Assembly (NCBI GenBank): GCA_964594235.1
Contig: CAZQMF010000005.1
Location: 1-56,801, forward strand
Direction of reading: 5' to 3'
Length of the DNA stretch: 56,801 bases
Source of the DNA: an uncultured Acidimicrobiia bacterium
GTDB lineage: Bacteria; Actinomycetota; Acidimicrobiia; Spongiisociales; UBA4744
A program made the position numbers and the translations under genes. How positions within the stretch are numbered: position 1 is the first letter of the stretch; the number at the start of each line of letters is the position of its first letter. Below, piece by piece: positions 9,189 to 17,251 of this stretch. The notes beneath the pieces were generated by a model that was given only the letters and a program-made list of their open reading frames with translations, searched no databases and had not been told where the DNA came from.

Positions 9189-10468
9189 TGCTCACTCCGT
9201 TTCGGTTTGCCGAGGTCGGTTCGGGGAATCCGATCCACGAGGCTCCACAGTTTGGGCACCTTGTAGCCGGCCAGACGATCCCTGGCCCACGCAGCAAGCT
9301 CGGCCTCGTCGACGGTCGGCGCCACAACGACCGCTCGCAGCGTACGTCCCCACCGTTGGTCGTCCACACCGGTAACGACCACATCCACGACCTGCGGATG
9401 CTGCGACAGCACCGCTTCCACCTCGGCCGGGTACACGTTCTCTCCTCCGGTGATCACCATGTCGTCCAGGCGTCCCAGCACGACGAGCTTTCCCTCGTCG
9501 TCCATCATGCCGGCATCACCCGTGCGGTACGGCCCGACTCGTGGGGTCTGTCGCCAGTACCCGGACGACACCATCGGCCCCTCGACAACGATCTCACCGT
9601 GGTCGATGCCGATAGCTACACCGGGGAGCGGTGTGACCGCGCGGGCACCGGGACGACCCGTTGCCACCTGCGCGGCGGTCTCGGTCGCCCCATATGTGGG
9701 TACTGCGGGAATGCCGAGATCGTTCGCCTGCTCGAGCAGTCCGGGAGGTAGTGGGCCACCCCCGACCAGCACCGTCCTGAGCCGCTCGAACGGTCCCTCG
9801 GCGTAGGGGATGAGTCTCGAGAGCATGTTCGGTACGAATGACGCGAACTCCACGTCGTGAAGTAGCGACGCGGTGCGTTCCGGATCGAAGCGACGCTCCA
9901 GAACAACGGTGCCACCCACATGCACCGACCTGGTCAGGATCGAGAAACCGCCCACGTGGTTGAGTGGTAGGACTGCCAGCCAGCGGTCGCCCGAACGGTG
10001 ACCGAGAAACGAGGCCGATGCGTCTGCTGCAGCGAGCAGGTTCCCCGCCGTCAGCACGACGCCCTTGGGTTCGCCGGTCGAGCCGGACGTGGAGAACACC
10101 GCGACCGGTCGGCTCGCATCGGTCTCGTGAGGTTCGATCTCAGGCCCGTCGAGACCCAGCGGCTCGACGAGTTTCGCATCGAACCTTCGGCACAGTTCGG
10201 CGATTTCGGACCCGGTCAGCGCGGTTCCGATCGGCAACAAGATTCCTCCGGCTCGCGGCACGGCGAGCATCGTGATCACCGCCTCGACCGTCGATTCGGC
10301 CACCACCCCAACCAGCTCACCAGGCTCGATCACCGCGCGCACGTGGCCCGCCTCGCGGCTGATCATCTCCTCCGCGTGGGCGTACGAGATCGACTCCCCG
10401 CCCGTCACGAGGAACGCCGTGTCGGGGATGCGTTTCGCCTGTTCCGACGGCCACTCATTCACCCTCAC
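9185..10468 (-). CDS. menE: o-succinylbenzoate-CoA ligase
   Basis: AMP-binding motifs STSGSTGEPKG, YGATET, TGD, GRLDDMVITGGENV, PRTDLGK; lies next to menB. Confidence 0.85.
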   Translation of the reverse strand: MRVNEWPSEQAKRIPDTAFLVTGGESISYAHAEEMISREAGHVRAVIEPGELVGVVAESTVEAVITMLAVPRAGGILLPIGTALTGSEIAELCRRFDAKLVEPLGLDGPEIEPHETDASRPVAVFSTSGSTGEPKGVVLTAGNLLAAADASASFLGHRSGDRWLAVLPLNHVGGFSILTRSVHVGGTVVLERRFDPERTASLLHDVEFASFVPNMLSRLIPYAEGPFERLRTVLVGGGPLPPGLLEQANDLGIPAVPTYGATETAAQVATGRPGARAVTPLPGVAIGIDHGEIVVEGPMVSSGYWRQTPRVGPYRTGDAGMMDDEGKLVVLGRLDDMVITGGENVYPAEVEAVLSQHPQVVDVVVTGVDDQRWGRTLRAVVVAPTVDEAELAAWARDRLAGYKVPKLWSLVDRIPRTDLGKPKRSEQ

Positions 10469-10497
10469 TACAGTACCGGGCAGGCAACGGAGGCTCG

Positions 10498-11388
10498 ATG
10501 ACCACAGTCTCAGAGTTGTTCGACCCCGACCGATGGGTAGAGGTCGAACGGTTCGACGACATCACCTACCACCGTGCGATCGATCAAGGCACCGTACGGA
10601 TCGCGTTCAACCGACCGGAAGTCCGCAACGCCTTTCGTCCGCACACCGTCGATGAGTTGCATGCGGCGCTGGACCACGCACGTATGACCACTGACGTGGG
10701 AGTCGTCCTGCTCACCGGCAACGGCCCGTCTCCCAAGGATGGGGGATGGGCGTTCTGCTCCGGGGGGGACCAACGCATCCGAGGCGCCGACGGCTACCTG
10801 TACGAAGACGCCGATGGCGTCGACGCTGCCCGTCTCGGCAGGCTCCACATCCTCGAGGTTCAGCGCCTCATCCGCTTCATGCCGAAGGTGGTCATCGCAC
10901 TCGTACCCGGCTGGGCCGTGGGCGGTGGCCACAGCCTTCACGTGGTATGCGATTTGACGATCGCGTCACGCGAGCACGGGATCTTCAAGCAGACGGACGC
11001 CGACGTCGCGTCCTTCGACGGAGGCTACGGCTCGGCACTCCTCGCCCGCCAGATCGGGCAGAAGCGGGCCAGAGAAGTGTTCTTCCTCGGACGTGACTAC
11101 TCGGCGGACGAGGCGTTGGCGATGGGTGCGATCAACGCGTCGGTGCCGCATGTCGACCTGGAGAAGATCGGGCTCGAGTGGGCGGCCGAGATCAACGGGA
11201 AGAGCCCGACGGCGGTTCGGATGCTCAAGTTTGCCTTCAACCTGCTCGACGACGGCCTGGTCGGCCAACAACTCTTCGCCGGCGAAGCGACCCGTCTCGC
11301 CTACGGCACCGACGAAGCCAGAGAGGGCCGTGACGCGTTCCTCGAGAAGCGCCGGCCCGACTGGTCCCGCTACCCGCACCACTTCTGA
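10498..11388 (+). CDS. menB: 1,4-dihydroxy-2-naphthoyl-CoA synthase
   Basis: AFNRPEVRNAF, FCSGGDQ, LHILEVQRLIR, FKQTDADVASFDGGYG, GQQLFAGEAT. Confidence 0.97.
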   Translation: MTTVSELFDPDRWVEVERFDDITYHRAIDQGTVRIAFNRPEVRNAFRPHTVDELHAALDHARMTTDVGVVLLTGNGPSPKDGGWAFCSGGDQRIRGADGYLYEDADGVDAARLGRLHILEVQRLIRFMPKVVIALVPGWAVGGGHSLHVVCDLTIASREHGIFKQTDADVASFDGGYGSALLARQIGQKRAREVFFLGRDYSADEALAMGAINASVPHVDLEKIGLEWAAEINGKSPTAVRMLKFAFNLLDDGLVGQQLFAGEATRLAYGTDEAREGRDAFLEKRRPDWSRYPHHF

Positions 11389-11389
11389 G

Positions 11390-12283
11390 ATGCCGCCCGA
11401 TCCCGAAACGAGACTCGGTGCCTGGTACCTGGCATCGCGTCCTCACACGCTCCCTGCGGCGGTCGCCCCGGTCGCCGTGGCAGCGGGGTTGGCCATCAAG
11501 GACGGCGTCTTCCGATGGGGTCCCTTCCTCGCAGCTGCGATCGGGGCGCTCGCGATTCAGGTTGCCGCCAATTTCACGAACGACCTATCCGATGCGCGCA
11601 AAGGAGCCGACAACGAGGATCGCATCGGACCGCGCCGTGCGGTCGCGTCGGGGCTGTTGAGCGAACCGGCGATGACGGTCGCCACCGTCATGGCGTTCTC
11701 GGTCGCAACCGCTGCCGGCGTGTACCTCGTCACGCAGGCCGGTTGGATCATCGTCATCGTCGGAGTGGCGTCGATCTTCGCCACGCTGGGATACGTCGGA
11801 GGGCCGCGACCGTACGGGTACCGGGGGCTTGGTGAGGTGTTCGTGTTCGTGTTCTTCGGCCTGGTGGCAACGGTCGTGTCGCGCTTCGTGTACGACCGAA
11901 GCGCCCCTGCCGATGCCTGGCTACTTGCGATCCCCATGGGCTTTCTGGTCACCGCGATCCTGGTCGCGAACAACGTTCGGGACATCGACACCGATCGAGC
12001 GGCAGGCAAGCGGACGCTGGCAGTGATCCTGGGGCGTGAACGAACGCGCGTCTTCTTCGATGTGTTGGTGTGGGGCGCGTTCGTTCTGGTGGTCGTGTTC
12101 GTCGTGGGAGGGTGGACGCCACCGCTGTCCCTCTTGACGCTGCTGGCGGCCCCTTTGGCCGTCCCGATCACCAGAGCCATTCGCACGGCGACTGACGGTC
12201 CCTCCCTGATCGTCGCTCTGAAGGGGATCGCTCGGCTGGACTTGATCTTCGGCCTTCTCCTTGCGCTCGGGGTCGCTCTGTGA
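11390..12283 (+). CDS. menA: 1,4-dihydroxy-2-naphthoate polyprenyltransferase
   Basis: ASRPHTLPAA, ANFTNDLSD, YGYRGLGE, NNVRDIDTDRAAGKRTL; ATG 1 nt after the menB stop. Confidence 0.92.
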   Translation: MPPDPETRLGAWYLASRPHTLPAAVAPVAVAAGLAIKDGVFRWGPFLAAAIGALAIQVAANFTNDLSDARKGADNEDRIGPRRAVASGLLSEPAMTVATVMAFSVATAAGVYLVTQAGWIIVIVGVASIFATLGYVGGPRPYGYRGLGEVFVFVFFGLVATVVSRFVYDRSAPADAWLLAIPMGFLVTAILVANNVRDIDTDRAAGKRTLAVILGRERTRVFFDVLVWGAFVLVVVFVVGGWTPPLSLLTLLAAPLAVPITRAIRTATDGPSLIVALKGIARLDLIFGLLLALGVAL

Positions 12284-12360
12284 ACCAACCAAGGCAGTCT
12301 CTTATACTCGGGTGCGTCTTACATACAACAGGCTGATACTGCGCGCTCTCGAGGTTCGAA

Positions 12361-12380
12361 TAAGGGACTTTCGGCCCTAT
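12361..12380 (+). promoter_or_regulatory. DosR/DevR-type box upstream of the hexaheme lipoprotein
   Basis: TAAGGGACTTTCGGCCCTAT versus mycobacterial consensus TTSGGGACTWWAGTCCCSAA. Candidate -10 TACAGT at 12412-12417. Confidence 0.7.
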
Positions 12381-12443
12381 TCCAACAGCATGTCGGCAAC
12401 GATCCATGGCGTACAGTTTTGGGGTCGACAGAAAGGGTCGAGG

Positions 12444-13445
12444 ATGAGACGCTCGTTGTTGCTCTTGGCCGTGCTCGCGCTGGTCGTCGCGGCATGCACA
12501 GGCCCGGCAGGCCCGGTTGGACCCGAGGGTCCCCAGGGTGTCGCCGGTCCTGCGGGACCGCAGGGACCGGCAGGAGAGAACGCCACCTTCACCGCGACCG
12601 ACCTCACGTGCACGGAGTGCCACAACGACGGGTCGACGCTCACCGGCAAGGCCCTCGAGTGGTCGACGTCGGGACATGGAATGGGAACCACGTACCTACG
12701 CGCGACCACTGCCTCGTGCGCGGGATGCCACTCGGGCAACGGCTTCACCGACCGCATCACCGCAGGGATCTCGAATCCCGATGAGGTCGCTGATGGCCAG
12801 CACGACCCGACGAGGGAAGACTGCCGCGCCTGCCACCAGATCCACACCACGTACACCAGCGACGACTTCGCGTTGACGACGACGGACCCGGTGGTCCTGT
12901 ACGCGAGCGGCGAAACGTTCGATCTCGGAATGGGCAACCTGTGCGCCAACTGCCACCAGCCGAGGAGAACCCTCCCCGAGGCCGCTGCGGATGGCACGAT
13001 CGAGATCGACAGCACGCACTGGGGCCCGCACCATGGTCCGCAGTCGGCGGTCATGTTGGGCATCGGCGGTTCGACGGACGGTAGCCCCGCGGCCCACTAC
13101 CAGCTGATTGCAGATGGCTGTCCTGCATGCCATATGGGTGAGAACGCCAACCACTCGTTCGCTCCCGACACGGCCAACTGCCAGGGGTGCCACGAGGGCC
13201 TGGACACGTTCGACTACAACGGTGTCCAAACCGAGATCAAGGATCTCTTCGACCAGCTCGGCCAGGCCCTCCAGGCCAAAGGGCTGCTCGATGCGGACCT
13301 GACGCTGGTTCCAGGAAGCTATCCAGCAGCACAAGCAGGAGCCGCGTGGGACTACGAGATGATCAGCGACGACGGAAGCTGGGGTGTGCACAACCCGGGC
13401 TATGTCAAGGCACTGCTCACCGCAGACATCGCAGCCCTGCAGTAG
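12444..13445 (+). CDS. Hexaheme c-type cytochrome lipoprotein with collagen-like stalk
   Basis: MRRSLLLLAVLALVVAA-C lipobox, then (G-X-Y)9. Six CxxCH: CTECH, CAGCH, CRACH, CANCH, CPACH, CQGCH. C-terminal GSWGVHNPGY; 333 aa. Confidence 0.92.
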   Translation: MRRSLLLLAVLALVVAACTGPAGPVGPEGPQGVAGPAGPQGPAGENATFTATDLTCTECHNDGSTLTGKALEWSTSGHGMGTTYLRATTASCAGCHSGNGFTDRITAGISNPDEVADGQHDPTREDCRACHQIHTTYTSDDFALTTTDPVVLYASGETFDLGMGNLCANCHQPRRTLPEAAADGTIEIDSTHWGPHHGPQSAVMLGIGGSTDGSPAAHYQLIADGCPACHMGENANHSFAPDTANCQGCHEGLDTFDYNGVQTEIKDLFDQLGQALQAKGLLDADLTLVPGSYPAAQAGAAWDYEMISDDGSWGVHNPGYVKALLTADIAALQ

Positions 13446-13465
13446 AACACACGTCGACCCTTGTG

Positions 13466-13492
13466 AGAGCGGCGCCCGTCGGGCGCCGCTCT
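13466..13492 (+). terminator. Hairpin downstream of the lipoprotein cytochrome
   Basis: Perfect 12-bp stem AGAGCGGCGCCC-gtc-GGGCGCCGCTCT, 20 nt after the stop. Confidence 0.65.
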
Positions 13493-13501
13493 TGCGTTCT
13501 C

Positions 13502-13595
13502 AATCTTCAGTCTCCAGTCCTCAGTCCTCAGTCAGAACGCTGCCTGCAGCACCGCTAGACCGTGGGCGAGTGTGGACTACCGAGAACCTAGAGCT
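13502..13595. repeat. Heptamer-armed repeat E2
   Basis: AATCTTC AGTCTCC AGTCCTC AGTCCTC AGTC-AGAACGCTGCC ... GGCGAG.. GACTACC GAGAACC TAGAGCT. Confidence 0.75.
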
Positions 13596-13720
13596 GTCCT
13601 CCCGCTTCCTCCCCGGCGCGCCGAGTGTTGGGGGTCCGGCCGCCCCACCCAAGACTGACACAGTGAGATGTCCGAGGCGCAGACGAGGCCGGAGGGGGCC
13701 GTTCCCACCGATCTGGGCCG

Positions 13721-14089
13721 TCAACCCTTGACCGCAGCGACCCAAAACCGGTGAGCCGTCGCTCGGAGCGGTGCACCCGCCTTTTCGACTTCCGAGTGTG
13801 GCCGCTCGAGGTGCGTGCGATCGCGTCGAACGCCGCTACTCGCCACGGGACCGCTCTCAGGTAGGAGACGAGTGCGCCGACGTCTGAGAACTTCTCCAAG
13901 GACCTCATCGCCGGCATTCACCTCGATCCCGGCCTGCTCGTCCGCGGCAAACGTGAGATCCCATCAGGCAACCTCCGTCCGAACCACGCAACACTTCGCG
14001 GAGCCGTCCCGCTGCGTGAGGAAGACTCCACCGGGTGACCCGTTCGGTCGGCGAGTGGCCTCATGCCGGTTCATGATCAGATCGAACGC
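13721..14089 (-). pseudogene. Degraded C-terminal half of a class I SAM-dependent methyltransferase
   Basis: Collinear family motifs spread over two frames with an internal TGA: AFDLIMNRHEA, PGGVFLTQ, WDLTFAAD, FSDVGALVSYLRAVPW, then LERPH..ATAHRFWVAAVKG*. No N-terminal SAM-binding motif. Confidence 0.7.
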
Positions 14090-14183
14090 TCTCAGCCATC
14101 AGCCATCAATGACGAAGCTGCTCACCGCGAGCCGCGGTTCATGATTCGGGCGGATGACTGATGACTCAGGACTGAAGACTCAG
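14090..14183. repeat. Heptamer-armed repeat E3
   Basis: Left TCTC AGCCATC AGCCATC; right GATGACT GATGACT CAGGACT GAAGACT CAG, which overlaps the cytochrome stop codon. Confidence 0.75.
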
Positions 14184-15772
14184 TACCCCTGCTCGGGTGT
14201 GTGGCACGAGGTGCATTTCTCTATCTTCCATGCGCCCCCGATCGGAACGGGATGCTTGAAATCGAGACCGTTGATGCTGGAGTCGAGATCGGCGAGGTTC
14301 GCAGATTGTCCTTGCGCGGTGATGATGTGGCACACGTCACACTCCGACGAGACCGTTGTCCCGTCATACGTCTGGAGATCCGAGTTGTGGCATCTGAAGC
14401 AGCCGTCGTTGGTGAAGTGGCTGAGGTTGTTCTCACGAGTCCTGTAGTCGGTCTTCATCTCGGGGAAGAAGTTCTGGTTGTAGATCACCACTAGCGTCGC
14501 GGCCGCCTGGTCGACCTTCGCCTGATCCACGGTGCCCGCATACTTCTCTGAATAGAACGCCTCGAGACCCGTCCTGATGGCTTCGTCGGCCTGGTCCCTG
14601 GTCGTGTAGGGAGCGTTCAGGAGGTTGAGCCCCTCCCATCGCACGAACGGCAGGTCGGTCGAGATGGTGCCCTTGGTCATCTCGAGGTTGATAGCGGTGG
14701 CCGGCGGCTCGTAGTCGTGACTTGGCCTGTTGTGGCAGTCGATGCAGTCGAGCGTCCTCACTTCGATGCCTGCGGCGTTCAAGTCGACCTGCTGACCGTT
14801 CTTCCAGTACTCGGTCACCTTGTCGGTCGTCTTGTCGGTCAGCCGAACCCAGACCATGTCCTGTCGTTTCGGATCGTCGGTCGCGTACTCGATCGTGGTG
14901 CTGCCGAGCATATGCCAGTGGATGCCTCCCACCTGGCCGGTTCTCGGGTCACCGCCACCGATCTTGACAGCGAGACTGATCGTCCACGGAGTGTTGTTCT
15001 CGTCCGTGCGGAAGTACGTCTTCGTGACGAGCTTGTCGCCGTAGAACTGCTGGGGCCAGTGACATCCTTCGCACGTCTCCTGCGCGGGACGGAGGCTGGT
15101 CACCGGAGTGACGATAGGCCGATCGTAGGTATTGGTGATCGTCTTCCACACCTGCCGCAAACCGTCGATCTTCGACCTCACGAAGAACGATGCGCCCGGT
15201 CCGATGTGGCACTGGGCGCAGGCAACCTTGGCGTGCGGCGAATGCTGGTATGTGACCCACTCCGGTTCCATTACGGTGTGGCACGACTCGCCACAGAACG
15301 ACGACGAGTCGGTCACCTCGTACCCCTTGAACCCGCCCCATGCGACCGTACCAACGAGTACAGCGGAAAGGACGCCGAATATCGCGAGGGACCGCATGTA
15401 CCTGGGGCTGGACGGCTCAACGCGAAGATTGAACCGGATGCGCTCGCCGCGCTTGCGGGCTCTCACGACCTGGATCCGGATCGCGATCGCAAACAGAATC
15501 GCGCCCAACAGGACGATTACAGGGAACCCGATGAAGGTAACGAGTCCCCTATACGGGTTGGAGACGGGTGAACTGAGGTCGACGAACGCCAGGACCGCGA
15601 ATCCCAACAGCCCTGCGAGTACCAACGCCCCACCGACGGCAGCGAGCGGATGTCGGTACAGGCTCCGTACCTCGGTCTTCACCTCTTCGGTGTCGGTGCC
15701 GTTGCCGCCGGTGTTCTCGTCGCTACCGGTGTTCTCGGTGTTCTCGGCCGAATCCTCGATCTCGTCGCTCAC
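14180..15772 (-). CDS. imcH: ImcH-like membrane multiheme cytochrome c (NapC/NirT N-terminal domain, 7 heme motifs)
   Basis: Three N-terminal TM helices. CGESCH, SPHAKVACAQCHIGPGA, LRPAQETCEGCHWP, GIHWH, DCIDCHNRP, NFFP, GCFRCH, CDVCH, CTSCH. GTG start with GAGGAGG RBS. Confidence 0.88.
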   Translation of the reverse strand: MSDEIEDSAENTENTGSDENTGGNGTDTEEVKTEVRSLYRHPLAAVGGALVLAGLLGFAVLAFVDLSSPVSNPYRGLVTFIGFPVIVLLGAILFAIAIRIQVVRARKRGERIRFNLRVEPSSPRYMRSLAIFGVLSAVLVGTVAWGGFKGYEVTDSSSFCGESCHTVMEPEWVTYQHSPHAKVACAQCHIGPGASFFVRSKIDGLRQVWKTITNTYDRPIVTPVTSLRPAQETCEGCHWPQQFYGDKLVTKTYFRTDENNTPWTISLAVKIGGGDPRTGQVGGIHWHMLGSTTIEYATDDPKRQDMVWVRLTDKTTDKVTEYWKNGQQVDLNAAGIEVRTLDCIDCHNRPSHDYEPPATAINLEMTKGTISTDLPFVRWEGLNLLNAPYTTRDQADEAIRTGLEAFYSEKYAGTVDQAKVDQAAATLVVIYNQNFFPEMKTDYRTRENNLSHFTNDGCFRCHNSDLQTYDGTTVSSECDVCHIITAQGQSANLADLDSSINGLDFKHPVPIGGAWKIEKCTSCHTPEQGY

Positions 15773-15792
15773 GGTCCCTCCTCGAGGCACCG

Positions 15793-15859
15793 ACGGTAGC
15801 CGGTGCCCAGTCCCCTCCCGTAGGGCTGATAGACCCTTCTACGGGACTCCTGTCCCCTT
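15793..15859 (-). promoter_or_regulatory. imcH-like promoter: two adjacent DosR-type 20-mers plus -10 TACCGT
   Basis: 15840-15859 TACGGGACTCCTGTCCCCTT (perfect GGGAC-N4-GTCCC) and 15820-15839 GTAGGGCTGATAGACCCTTC. The -10 at 15798-15793 would centre the boxes near -63.5 and -43.5. Confidence 0.7.
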
Positions 15860-15916
15860 TTCCTCCACCCCTCAGCCATAACCGGATGGCCGAAGATGTC
15901 GTCCCAACCATAATCG

Positions 15917-17221
15917 TCACAGGCCCCGCACGAGTTCCTCGATGGACGGCCCCTCCACCACCTCGATGCCGTACGTCACACGGGTTCCAGGCATCTCGAG
16001 ATCGAGCAACGGCAGCAGGTTGACGGGTGTGGCGACGATCACCACATCCGGCTTGGATCGTCTGATCGTTTCTGCGAGTTCGTCCCGCTGGACCTGCCCA
16101 TAGCCCATGGCGGGAAGCAGCGCCCCGATGTGCGGGTACTTCTCGAACGTTGCAGCGATCGACCCGACGGCGAACGGTCTCGGGTCGATCAGTTCGGCCG
16201 CTCCTCCGGTCTGGGCCGCGATGACTCCCGCACCGTACGCCATGCTTCCGTGGGTGAGGGTCGGACCGTCCTCGATGACGAGCACCCGCTTCCCCACGAT
16301 GAACTGGGGATCGGCGACGGTGATCGGTGACGTCGTCTTCACGAGGATGGCACCGGGGTTTGCGAGCCGCACATTCCGAACCACCTGGTCGACGTCATCC
16401 GGTTTGGCCGTCCCGACCTTGTTCACGACGACCACGTCGGCCCGTCGAAGGTTGGCTTCACCCGGCCAGTACCGCAGTTCGTGTCCGGGACGGTGGGGAT
16501 CGACGACGCAGATGTGCAGATCCGGTCGATAGAACGGCAGGTCGTTGTTGCCTCCATCCCACAGGATGACGTCGGCCTCTTGCTCGGCGACCTTCAGGAT
16601 GGCCCCGTAGTCGACACCGGCGAAGATCACCCCACCCTGTTCGATGTAGGGCTCGTACTCCTCGCGCTCTTCGATCGTGCAGTCCGCATCGATGAAATCC
16701 TGGTACGTCGCGAACCGCTGGACGGCCTGCGCGGCGAGGTCTCCGTAGGGCATCGGATGCCTGACTGCCGCGACCCGCTTCCCGTCGCCGGCGAGGGCGT
16801 GCCATACGGCTCGACTGAGTGGCGACTTGCCGGAACCCGTCCGAACGGCTGTGACTGCAACGACAGGGAGACGCGAGTCGATCATCGTCTCTGAGCCGAG
16901 CAACTCGAACGATGCGCCGGCCGCCACCGTCCGAGCGGCCATGTGCATCACATGCTCATGGGTGACATCCGAGTACGAAAAGACCGCGGTGTCGACCGCA
17001 TATGCCGCAATCAATCGCTCCAACTCCACTTCGGACACGATCGGGATGCCGTCGGTGTACAGAGGTCCGGCGAGCGCGGCGGGGTATCTCCGATCGTCGA
17101 TGTTGGGGATCTGTGTGGCAGTGAACGCGACCACCTCTACGTCGGGATCATCGCGATACATCACATTGAAGTTGTGGAAGTCCCGCCCTGCGGCGCCCAA
17201 GATCAGTATCCGCTTGCCCAT
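15917..17221 (-). CDS. Cyclic 2,3-diphosphoglycerate synthetase-like P-loop NTPase (COG2403-like)
   Basis: ILGAAGRDFHNFN, AVRTGSGKS, VRHPMPYG, CTIEEREEYE, WDGGNND, EDGPTLTHG. Confidence 0.8.
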   Translation of the reverse strand: MGKRILILGAAGRDFHNFNVMYRDDPDVEVVAFTATQIPNIDDRRYPAALAGPLYTDGIPIVSEVELERLIAAYAVDTAVFSYSDVTHEHVMHMAARTVAAGASFELLGSETMIDSRLPVVAVTAVRTGSGKSPLSRAVWHALAGDGKRVAAVRHPMPYGDLAAQAVQRFATYQDFIDADCTIEEREEYEPYIEQGGVIFAGVDYGAILKVAEQEADVILWDGGNNDLPFYRPDLHICVVDPHRPGHELRYWPGEANLRRADVVVVNKVGTAKPDDVDQVVRNVRLANPGAILVKTTSPITVADPQFIVGKRVLVIEDGPTLTHGSMAYGAGVIAAQTGGAAELIDPRPFAVGSIAATFEKYPHIGALLPAMGYGQVQRDELAETIRRSKPDVVIVATPVNLLPLLDLEMPGTRVTYGIEVVEGPSIEELVRGL

Positions 17222-17251
17222 ACCTATCCTCCTCGGTTCCATTCTCGTCCG

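Noticed and set aside
13590-14090. Structured RNA (RNase P, tmRNA, group II intron) or a selenoprotein with TGA read-through
   Set aside because: Hallmark motifs (GAGGAAAGUCC, tRNA-like ends, domain V) are absent. The region is better explained as a methyltransferase relic with frameshifts in addition to the TGA.
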